Below the pieces are notes generated by a model. That model was not told where the DNA came from and searched no databases. It saw only the letters and a list, made by a program, of their open reading frames with translations. A program made the translations under genes and the position numbers. Below, piece after piece: positions 37,987-49,249 of a DNA stretch of 64,000 nt. The first letter of the stretch is position 1. Every line of letters starts with the position of its first letter. The stretch comes from Lingula anatina (Eukaryota > Animalia > Brachiopoda): the NCBI GenBank assembly GCA_051362555.1, contig CM120645.1:9424001-9488000 (forward strand). The letters run 5' to 3'.

Positions 37987-38745
37987 ATGTCTTTTGCCTT
38001 CAACTTCGCCAAGGCAGCGGTGGGCTCTGTTAACGGGTATCTGGACCATTATAACCCGCTAAACAAACTTTTAAAGAGCGAGCCAGTGAAAGTGCTGCAG
38101 AAGGACGGGATAGTGGCGGCGGTGTGTGCTTCAGCCCTCAGCCTGGCTTTTCGGTTCGACTTCACGGGTCTTCTCGACCCTGGGGTCGCCACCAGAGACG
38201 CTGTGCCACCAGATGGCTCCACTAACAGTGACGCTACGGAGTCTGGAGAAGAAGGGGACACGGCGGAAACGGATTCTGCTTTCTCGTCTGCGTCCTCGGA
38301 CTGGACGGGGAAGTCGCTACTGAAAAGCATCTCAGCACAAACTTTAGAGTATGTTAAGACTTTTGTATCAAAACTCATAGAGACGCCACTGTTCGTGCTT
38401 TTTGTTGCTATGTTAGGATTCATGGGGTTTGTCTTCGTCACTTCCTTTACAATTATTATAGGTGTCATAGCACTCTTCGCATTTATCATGACTGTGGTCT
38501 TCTTCAGCATGGCGTTTCTGTCAACAATGGGCTTTTTCTGCCTCTTTGTGGCTATTACAGAATTCAGGAAGAAAGGGGGTCAAGCGAGTGAAACGAGAGA
38601 ACTCTTGTCTTTCACGGAATCGCTCCTCCGACAGACAGGAGCTGCCGACAAAATGAGCCATAACGCACCGTTTTCAACGCCGTCAACGCCATTTTCAACG
38701 CCATCCTCCTCGCCTTTTAAAAGAAAACTAGACTTTGAAGCGTAA
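37987..38745 (+). CDS. Uncharacterised 252-aa protein with a long hydrophobic segment (single coding exon)
   Basis: Long GC-richer ORF in AT-rich surroundings, Kozak-like ACCATGT, and a splice acceptor TTATTCCAG at 37921 just upstream (candidate upstream donor AAAG|GTGAGT at ~36402). The ~55-residue stretch PLFVLFVAMLG...FFCLFVAIT is uncharged. Confidence 0.75.
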   Translation: MSFAFNFAKAAVGSVNGYLDHYNPLNKLLKSEPVKVLQKDGIVAAVCASALSLAFRFDFTGLLDPGVATRDAVPPDGSTNSDATESGEEGDTAETDSAFSSASSDWTGKSLLKSISAQTLEYVKTFVSKLIETPLFVLFVAMLGFMGFVFVTSFTIIIGVIALFAFIMTVVFFSMAFLSTMGFFCLFVAITEFRKKGGQASETRELLSFTESLLRQTGAADKMSHNAPFSTPSTPFSTPSSSPFKRKLDFEA

Positions 38746-39915
38746 CGCTCTATAAAGGCCTACTTGTGAACACCTCAAGCAATTATTTTAACTTTTAAAT
38801 ATTTATTAAAATTCTATGTTTTTGGCACTTGCCATTATAGTTTATAGGAGGACAAAGTAGAAACGTGAAACGCTTTGTCGCTGTGGTAGAACATTGTAAT
38901 ATCTTTAAGTGAATGAGAAATTAATTATTAATATTAATATCAATACTAGTGTTTTATCAAATAATATTTTTAAGCGACTTTGGTGTCGTTTTAATTACCT
39001 ATGCAGCAAAGTCAATTAGCAGTCTTTTAAACGCCCGCGATAAGCAAAAATGAGAACCACTTAATACATGTATATTCATGGTCTAACTCCTTCCTACAAC
39101 GTATTTTAGATATAAAAAAGAAATGAACGGCCCCTCAGTCGTTGAAATATAAAAGATAATGAACAAATGATTGGCATAAGAGGTGATCTAAGTTTCACGA
39201 ACCAACGTAAAAATCAAGTGATAATCTGGGGGAGTTCTACATGTACCGAATTGCAGTGTATTTGTAAAAGTGTAGCTAGCCACATAAACCACGTTTTCCC
39301 ATTTTTGTATTGCTTTATTGGCCGATTCATGATCAAAAAACGATAACGACTCATTAACGGTCTGAAGGAATTTGAGTTATTGGGGCTAAGGCATAAATAA
39401 AAATATTTAAAATCCCAAGCACGTTAGATACGCTCCATGAATAAAAAAAATCAGATTAATAGCCAGTAAAAACTATTTGTATTGTAATTTAAAGAGCAGG
39501 AAAAGATTTAAAGAAAAGATGATTGGGTTAAATCCATTTTAAGAATAATAATAAAAAAGGGGCTTGTCTAAGGTTATTTTTAAAGTTTATTATTATAGAC
39601 AGTAAAACAAAAAAGTTATGTAAAACATTATTTATTATTTTATTGCATTCCCAAATAAAATGTTACCTTTACATTTACATTCCAGCTATGCTATTAGCCG
39701 ACATTTTGCACAGAAACTGCAAACGCCACCAGAATGTCAGGGCGGAATTTCTATTTCTCTGGTTTCAGTGTTACGTACCTTTTGTTTCAGAAGGGCAGGT
39801 AAATTAGCATAGTTTTGAATAAGGGGGGTAATCCCCACTAGGGGTTCAATGCTGTCTGCTTCCAATTACCATTTTTAATTTCCACAAATATTTTAAATTT
39901 CACATGGCCCCTTTG

Positions 39916-42047
39916 TCACAAACTCGGTTTCTCGTACAGGAAAATAGCCTCACAAACCAGAAGAAACCCAACAACAAACTGGGCGCTTATTTTAAAAACG
40001 CCAGAAAAGAAAACCGAGGAAATGAATGTCGTGATCAAGATAGAGAGCACCCCGACGTATAATTTAACTATGTTGTCCAACTTCTTTATAACTATAGCAA
40101 CGACACAGCCTGTGATTACAGAGAACAACAAGTACAGAACTAGGAGGAAAACAACAGCTGTTCCATGGGTACCTGAAATTAATAAAAAAATTATTTGATG
40201 CATTACAATAATTGTATTGCGTGCTTAGAGGTTGCGTTGGTTCCCAGTCAGAATAATACATCTGTCATTTCACTGTCGACTGGTCTTTAATTATTGCAGC
40301 ATGTTTCCTCTGTTTCCAACCGAGTCACAGAGTTGCCAGTCGAAAATGACAAAATGTCATTGAATTGTTAATTACATATATGTATAACTATACTGGCGAG
40401 TCCAGGATATTGCAGAATGGGGGAGCGGCATTCACTATTTTATTTATTTGCCTCACTTCGCTTCTGACTTGGGTTCGATTACTAAGTGAAGCACATTCTC
40501 TTTTATGGATAGCATTATCAGTTAAGGTCTGGGTTAGAGTAATAATATTTAAGTATTAATATGAATCTGACACAATAAGAACAAGAAAACAAGAAATATA
40601 ACCGGCATAACGTATATACAAGAATTATACCTGGATCATTTATTTAAACAATTTTAGAATAGAATCGAATTTCATTAAGCAAGGGATTTGAAAGGAATAA
40701 ATGGGCCTGGATGATTTTCATTTTATTAATTTGAACACGAATAGCATTTTCAAAATTCATACTTTAGTTAAACCATCAGCAAAAATAAATAAATAAATAA
40801 TAATAATAATGATCATAATAAATAAAAAGACCAACCACCATTTGTAAACCTAGTGATACCGACCCTTTTGTAGGTGCTACTTAATTTATAAGAGTAAGAC
40901 TAATCTCAATCTGGAATGTGAAATGCTATACGTACTTGCATGAAACAGCGGCCACGAGGTGGATGAGGTCCTCAGTTCCACTGCGCTAAAACATGAAGTC
41001 ACGACTGCACCAAAGAAGTACAACTGCATTTGCTGTTCAATAAAACTTCGATGGTCATTTTTGAAAAGGTACTGAAAAAGATCATAATAAAAGTTCAATA
41101 TTACAAAGCTTGAAAACGAAAGAGGCAAATTTCGTTTACATATAGGTACATTTAGTTTTTTCTCATCTTTTGTTCTGTTGAAATGATCGAGACTTTGTCG
41201 ATAAAACCATTGTCTTCAAATGCTGAAATTTGCCTGAAATCCACATGGGATAGAGGGAGATGCACCGTATAACATGTAGTTTTAACAAACAGTCTTACAG
41301 GGAATCCACCTTTTCTTTTTACAAACAAAATCTTTCACACATATATTTGTGACCTAATTGACAATTGTGTGAGAATGATATTTTTATCTGCTTCACATAA
41401 ACAATATTTTGCTTGAAGGATAAAAAACGTAACATAAAGTTAAATGTCACTGAATATTGTAGTACCTCTGTCAATATGGCTGCCGCTACACATAGCAAAG
41501 ATTTAATCGCTGCCAAGGCAATGGCCGCCGGGTGAATATAGTTTCCTTTCAGTGTGTCTCCTGTGCTTTTTGTAACAACTATCCCGCCAATCAGTAAGAC
41601 CAAGGCCAGCCACTGTATCTTTGTGATGCTACGTTTAAAAATCCACCTGTACGTTAGTGCCGCAAAGATCAACCGCATTTGTATTAAAACTGCCCATACT
41701 GGGGGAGAGGTGTAGTGCAATGCGTACACGTTGATGTTATTTGTAGAACCGTATAAAACGGCCGGTAGGGCAAAATATACCGAAAAGCGTGTCTGGAAAA
41801 GATTTCCCTGGAGTAGCATTATCGTCACCATGGTGATTAATTTCAATACTTCCGCCCATGCCACGAGTGTAGTCGCTGGTATTGGGTAAATGTTGTTATT
41901 GTAATACTTCATTGCGTACAACGTATACAACTTCCCCACGGCCGAGAGAAGAAAGGCCCCACAGTATAAGATTGCACTGCCACTGCCAACTTTTTCCCGC
42001 TCCATTGAGAGGGGTCGTCTGCTGCGTGTAGCTCCAGAGTTATCCAT
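39916..42047 (-). CDS. SLC35A-family nucleotide-sugar transporter, 3 exons
   Basis: Exons 42047-41466, 41071-40936 and 40172-39916 are phase-compatible. Motifs AEVLKL, FALPAVLYGSTNN, QWLALVLLIGG, QQMQLYFFG and GCVVAIVIKKLDNIVK are typical of the Nuc_sug_transp family. The exact paralog cannot be assigned by eye. Confidence 0.88.
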
Positions 42048-42921
42048 CTCTCCTGTCGGTCTACCATTTTGTCATTTTCCTCTTTTCCTTGACTTAGGCC
42101 TACTAGTTAGATCTATGCGTGGCTAAGGGCTATGCATTATTCACCGTCAGCGAGTGGGTTATATTTTTGCAAAACTACAATATATCAACGCATTATCAAC
42201 TATAACCCGCATGTACAGTGAATCCTTTATGTATGTGCAGGAAAATAGGCTGTGGTTTGAAAAGCATATAATAATACCACGCTCCATATAGGCCTATAGG
42301 CCTACCTTTCCACAGATATTAAAATTTATGTGCACCGCTGGAAGCAAAGCCTCGGGCAAGCGCATTGCGACACGTAGGCCTATAGATAACATGAAGTTGT
42401 AAATGAATTTGTAAATTTGCCGTAAAAGGGCCCTTAATATACTATTAAAAAGATAGTAAGGGATTTTCCAGTTAGCCTCTGTGTCTCTGTTCGCAGCATT
42501 ATTTAAAAAGTCACAGACGAATTTTGATAAAATATTCAGTGTAGCAAATAGGCCAAGGAAAAATGATAAGTTTTAGCTAGGGGGTGATGCGGATTACCAC
42601 TATATAGCGCGATCTGCGTTGAAGCTGCATAAACAGAAATGTTCCCTCTTTACATTTCAATTTGATATTACATATGTATCGCTAGACCTCTTTATGGAAA
42701 AATAATTAGATTTACAACTATGTAACATATTACAACTGTTTATTGCATTATTTTCATATTACGACGTCTCTTAAACATCGTGGACGTCTTGAGCGTGAAG
42801 CGCGAGAAGATGACGCAAACAATAACGAAATAAATCCATGGAGACATTGTAAATAGTTTCAGTTGGGCGTATGGCAGTGTGAAAGCTTACCAGCGGGGCT
42901 ACACCGGTAAAACATACCCTC

Positions 42922-44674
42922 ATGCTGTCAGCAGAGGATGGTTGTAAGGAGATTGGCCAGGAACTGCCGACAGTCGCGGTATATAGGGGTTTCCATATAG
43001 AATACGTGTATGAGACGTACATGTAGAATCTAACACAGGTTTTCATTTTATTTCGATATGATCGATTATCGAATCCTGCACAAACTTTTGTCTTTTAATT
43101 TAAAAAAATATTTTACAGGTAAAAGAAAATAGCTCAGCTACTGGAAATGAAGGCAGACAACGGCACGTAGCAGTAATAGACCTAGAGGGATATGAGGATG
43201 AAATTATTGTTCCTGATATCACAAGAAAAAGTGAAAAAGTCAAGTTTAAAGCAAAGTCATTTTCAGACGGACAGTCAGTGACCAGCAAGGAAAGTGCAAT
43301 ATGCCGTATATGTCAACTGAATGATAAAGAATCGGGTAAGATCAAAGCTTTGTCATATTTGCACAAACACATATAGGTTCAGAGTCGTCTCGTTTGTAAC
43401 AATAACATTTACCTACAGTAAATAAACGATTCTGTTTACTACTATAATATACATGTATATAAGGAATAAACTAGATATTCCCAGTACCAATCTCATTTAA
43501 AATTCAATCAACTGAAGAATCATACAATTGTTTGCTAACAATCAAGAATATAATTTCCAGAGATTAACTGTGGGGCATATTTGTCATGGCCTTGATAGAA
43601 ACTATTTCCAATATTTTTTTTTCCTAAAGATGACCCTTTCATGGAATCTCCGTGCCGTTGCCAGGGCAGTCTGGGACTGATCCATCACAGCTGTCTCACG
43701 CGCTGGGTGACAGTGAAAGGGAACAAGACGTGCGAACTCTGTGGCCAGACTTTCCGAGGTATTCCGGAGCCCGTTTGGGGTAGGCAGCGTTCGAGCCAAA
43801 GATCCATAGACTCGAGCGACTCTATTCTGCAGCACGCCCTAGAAAATGCGACCACCGTCGTAAGTTGATCATAGAAATATTCTAAGTTTTCCTTATTTTT
43901 TATTTTTTCAATTGCTATATGAAAAGTGGATCTGAGTTGATTAATCATTATCTGTTTGTATATCTTTCTTTAAATTTCTTACTGTTTGTCTGCCTGTCTC
44001 TTTCCTTCTTTCCTTCCTTCCTTCCTTCCTTCCTTCTTTCTTATAATGTAGATTAAAGAGGATGTCATCTGTATTTCTAGAGCTGCGACTGCTGTAACTG
44101 GTGCGACTTTCGACGGAAAAGAAAGTGGGTGGCGCTTATAGTAGTGACGCTATCCGTCCTCCTCGGTGCGTCTATATTCTTAACCTACACCGCCAAACTG
44201 AATTACGATGCCACCATTGACAATGCTTACGCCTCTACGAACGACCAAAGAGACGCCAGAGTCATACTGTCCCTGTGCGTATGTTGTCTGAGTTTCTTTT
44301 CAACTGTGGAGGTGGTGCTGCTGTTAGTCTGGGCGTTCGGAGAGTGTCTTTTTTACTGCATTGACGCCATGAACCGGGACATGTTGGAAGAGTACATAGC
44401 GACTGTGGAAGCCATGAGGCATGGGCGTAACCTGGATGACGATACTTCTGGAAGTCTGACCAGTGACGAAAGCAGCACAAGTTCAGGGACTGTGGATGAT
44501 ATCGATCCTAATGGCGCAGCGCCACCTACAGAAGTAACCGCCACGAACAACATGGCTCCACCCACCTGTGACGTTGCGACAACTGGCAATGACGTCATAA
44601 CCGTGAATATGACGACACAAAGAAGTGACAGCGGCTCAGCAGAAAATGGAGGTTGCCACGAAGAAACTGTTTAA
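42922..44674 (+). CDS. MARCH-type RING-CH membrane E3 ubiquitin ligase, paralog 1
   Basis: Exons 42922-42978 (less certain), 43119-43335, 43630-43859 and 44081-44674. C4HC3 RING-CH: CRICQ...PCRCQGSLGLIHHSCLTRW...CELC, followed by two hydrophobic helices. Confidence 0.88.
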
Positions 44675-45275
44675 TCACTTTAACTTGCGGCTTTCTTTCA
44701 GTCGAATGGATATAAATCTTTATAACACACAAATTGGAATTTCTAAATGCAATCATGAACGATTTTGGGGTCATAACAAATCAACTTCATTTGTTGATAA
44801 GTAGAGACTGAGTCCAGTATGCGACGTTTACAGCAAGTAGGGGCCTACACTTTGTAAAAAAAATGTTGCAGCCGTGCACAGAGAGGGTCTGAAATCATGG
44901 CGAAAAAGGATAATATTTATGGTCTAGACGACGGAAATAAAAAATGGTTACGAAACCCCTTCTGTATACAAAAGTTTTAATGAGTGGATGACTGGATTGT
45001 TGAATTAGGTGAAAATTGCATTGTGCCTTCAAATTAAAATCTATTTAAGTGTTTTTCAACAGCATCATTCTGTTATATGTTTTAACTTACGATTTCACTG
45101 CAAGTTACGAGCCACGTGGCCGACTGCAATATTGTTTTGTTACCGGGGTACTATGATTTTGGTGCTGTGCTTGTGTGATAATGAGTAGTACTGGTACTTG
45201 GTGAAAACGGAACTGATTAAATCAACGAATTTAAAAGCTACATTACTTTTGTTATTTCTATCTTTCTGCTTTCTG

Positions 45276-45306
<31 letters not shown>

Positions 45307-45520
45307 ACAAGAACATGACTAAAACGTTTTCTTCGTCTACGTCAAGCACTGCTTCACTTCGTGGCTATCTGTAGAATGTTGCATATTTCTGTGCATATAT
45401 CTTATGAGTAGAAAATGAAAAGGTTTTTGAATCCTTCTGCTAAAACTTAAAATCTCAACTGATAGGCCTACCTATGCAATGAATACCCTTTAACTTACCA
45501 GATAAAGGGTAAGTAATAAG

Positions 45521-45688
45521 CAGGGGCGGATCCAGAAATATTTCCTGACAGTCTTCCATATTATATTTGGTTATCCATTTTCCATTTTTGACCGTCTTCC
45601 GACAGAAAAAATTAGATACCCTTCAATGTAAACTTGAAAATCTGACCGTCTTCCGGAAGACCCAGAAGACGGCCTAAATCCGCCCCTG
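45521..45688. mobile_element. Second copy of the 168-bp CAGGGGCGGA MITE, 5-bp TSD ATAAG
   Basis: Near-identical to 14600-14767; ATAAG at 45516-45520 and 45689-45693. Confidence 0.9.
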
Positions 45689-45864
45689 ATAAGGTAGGCC
45701 AATTTACAATTTTAAGTCTTATAGAAACAGAAACAGCTGTTGCTACATCAAAACGAGTCGTCAGTGACAATCGAATCAAATCAAATGCAGAGCACTAAAT
45801 GACATCTGGCGGCAGTGAAATTCACAGTGGAGTTAACTGTAATGTTGTAACAAACGCCCTGTTA

Positions 45865-45914
45865 TGACGTCACACGAAACCGTCAAATAACGACGCTGCT
45901 GATTGTTGACGTCA
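45865..45914. promoter_or_regulatory. Two perfect CRE palindromes (TGACGTCA) upstream of MARCH paralog 2
   Basis: TGACGTCA at 45865-45872 and 45907-45914, about 180-230 bp before the ATG at 46092. Confidence 0.55.
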
Positions 45915-46091
45915 CAAGTGATGCGCTAGTGAACGGTAACCACACAACCAAAAAACCCACCATCGGCATCACACGGCATGGAGAAGAAGATGTAATTCAC
46001 GTTAAAGACAAAAGAGCTTCCTTCCAATTATAGGTCTTTATTCAGTGGGAAATGAGTTACTAGTGTTTGCGTTACGCGTATCAACATTGCC

Positions 46092-48284
46092 ATGTCGTCT
46101 GAAGAAACATTGCCACCAGTGGAAAATCGGGTAGGTCTAATGTAGGGCCTACATGTATAAAACACCTTTCATTAAAATGATATACATGCAAATACAGCTG
46201 TACATAAAAGCAGTTATAATAAATAAATATGGAGCTGTACACATAAGCTGTAAGGAATAAATAAACTTAAAAAATAAGTAATAATGAATAAATAAATGAA
46301 TTAAAAAATAGATAAATTAATTAATTAACAAATAAATCAAATTGAAAATGATTGACAGTAATTTCCCTAATTTCTGGCATCTGAGAGAGGTTTTATACGA
46401 AAACTGAAAAAAACATGGTATCTTAAAGTTTTGAATATAATCCTTAATTTTATTTTCTGTTTAAGGAAGGGCAACCCGTCAGAAACAGCTCAGACCACAG
46501 CCGTCAAAGTACCACCAGCGGAACGAGTGCAATAGAGATAGAGGTCGCTGACGACGGCCAGAGTACCAGTGGGTCTGCGACACCAGCAAGCGGAGCCCAA
46601 TCCAGAGAAAAGATCAGAAAGAAGAAGGGAGGAATGAAAACAGTGACAGATGACGACTTGTCTATCAGATCTGCCAGTGACACCAGCAAGGGAAGTGTTG
46701 TGTGCCGCATCTGTCAGCTCAGTGAAAGGGAGTCAAGTAAGTACCGCAGATTTGTGAAAACGATACTTATCAGCGAAAATACAAAAGACAAATTTATCAT
46801 TATGAAAGCAAGGGCATATTGTCCGATAGAAAATGCAGCAGACGTGTGATTGACACGCTACCGATATTCTTCAATGTAACCCTCTGTTATCGTAGACGTA
46901 TTACCATTGGGCAGGTGTTAAGATAATTCCTTTTATAGCTTTTTCAACATTCCCATATATATTGTTTGTGCACTTTTTAATAACGAAATTTGCGGCAGCC
47001 ACAGTGAATAGAAACTGATAATGAAGTCTGAAAGTATTTCATATAACTTAAGTAGAGCCAATTACATGTACATATATTTAGGTTCTAGTTTTTTTTTTCT
47101 TTTTTTTCTAATCTTTAAATGAACCACAAAAATATCTCACTGTATCATTCCAGATGACCCATTAATAGAAACCCCGTGTTCGTGTCATGGCAGTCTCGGC
47201 CACATCCACACCGCATGCCTCACCAAGTGGGTGACCGTTAAACGCGACCGGACGTGTGAGCTGTGTGGTCAGAGTTTCCAAGGAATTCCCTCCCCTCGGG
47301 GAAGAAGACGCGGGAACGTCCTGAGAGCCATAGCATCGGATGATTCTATATTTGATTTCGCAACGGCCGTCGAGGCGGCAAGTAATTCGGTGGGTGATAT
47401 ACATGTACATGTATAATATATCAAATTTGAAAGGATTATTTATTTATATGTGCGTATTAAAAGTATTTCGTAAGGCGATTCTTCACAGTGTACAAGTGAG
47501 CATGTTCTATAACTAACTTCCGATACTGACGTTGTCCTACTTAACATTTCGTCATGATACAAAACTCGGATCATTGGCATGGGTGTTTTTATTGCGCATA
47601 TGGCGTGGTAGTAATATATACTTTCTCTATGAATTACGCTAAAATGTAATTATATATAGCAAAAGCAACATATGTTTTTCAATTATCAAAAACAAGTGAA
47701 TAAGTAGCTATCTACTGCTGTTTTTCACTTTCATTTTATTTTGAAAAAAATGTAATGTATAATTATTTCTTTTTCAGGAATACAGCCTTATGAATTATCT
47801 CGATTTTCGCGCAAAAAGAAGCTGGGTAGCGTTGATCATAATACTTCTCATTGTATTCGTTGGTGCCTCGTCATTCCTCTCTCAACACGCTAGGGTCAGC
47901 TATGACGACGTTCATCTCGACCCTTCCTCCACCAGAAACGAACGAGACGAGGCCAGGCTCATCATGGGCGTGTGTCTCGCCTTTCTGGTTTTCTTTGGAA
48001 CTTTGGCGGGAGCTCTTCTTTTATTCTGGATGATAGGAGAGTGTTATTTTCTCTGGAGAGATTCCATGAACGAAGAATTACTCATCGAATACCGACAGGT
48101 GGTTGCCGAGATGCGCGCCCGAAGACTGGCGGAGATAAACGAGGCGCTGAGTCAGCTGCAGAACAACGATGTCGAAGCGGCTGCTGGTACTGCTGCTGGT
48201 ACTGACAATCCAGTGGCACCATCTGCCGGAGAAAATTCAAACGAACAACATACAAACAACTCCCATTCTGTTTTTATAGTTTAG
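46092..48284 (+). CDS. MARCH-type RING-CH membrane E3 ubiquitin ligase, paralog 2
   Basis: Exons 46092-46130, 46466-46736, 47154-47389 and 47778-48284. CRICQ...PCSCHGSLGHIHTACLTKW...CELC plus two TM helices; same intron positions and phases as paralog 1. Confidence 0.9.
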
Positions 48285-48936
48285 TCTTTTAGTGTTCCTA
48301 TTACGCCAACAGATAAATAAGTTAAACACGAACGTACTGTTTATATATCCGTCCTCATTACTTAACCAGAGAATTTAACAGGGTAGATAGACTTTATAAA
48401 GGACAGTAGGCTATACTTTTTTCATTAAACTTGAAGGATTTCAAAATTTGATCTGAAAGACATTCTAAATTTACTAGAAGCATGTTGCGGCAAATTAAAT
48501 AGAGAGGACGAGTGGCCTTATTTTTGGTCAAAAGTCATCCCCGATAAATTCATATTGCCTATGTGCATATAGGGGGCCTATGTATACAATGTAAATATAA
48601 ATCTAAGTGTTTAAATATGTTTTAGGCGTTATTGTTATTTACAGTCTAGAAACAGGTATAAATGACTAGCTAAAACAAAACAATAAGTAAACTTTGTGAT
48701 AGAAATGTACAGTAAGCGACTTTCAAGGATCGCCACACTTTCAGCATCATATTTGGCTATAAAATTAGAATATTTGACCCAGTTTATGTGTATGCAAATA
48801 TAGGGCTTCGCTGGAAACGGAGACAATATCTAGTCTACTCTGATTAGTTTGTGCAGAGAAGAGATTAATTTGACTACAAATCAAAACAATATTATCAGTG
48901 GGAAAAGCAGGCCTCATTTAATAAAGGTTGTGGTCC

Positions 48937-48938
<2 letters not shown>

Positions 48939-49010
<72 letters not shown>

Positions 49011-49026
49011 CATTATTATTATTATT
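48939..49026. repeat. (AAT)n followed directly by (ATT)n: a self-complementary microsatellite upstream of BICD
   Basis: Direct read of the sequence. Confidence 0.85.
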
Positions 49027-49249
49027 CAACCGCGTAGACAATTTAATGTCTGTTGGGTTGATGCCGATATCCATGTCTCAACTAACACAGCACGAGTTTG
49101 ACGATCAGAAATTGATAATTTGCTTTTCTGTTCGGCCTGTCTTGTCATGTGACCAGGTGGAATTTCAATATGGCTGCTGGGACTTCGAATTTCGTTCTAC
49201 TTCGAGAATTTTTCGTAATTTTACTGTAAGATCAACTTAAAATTGCAGA

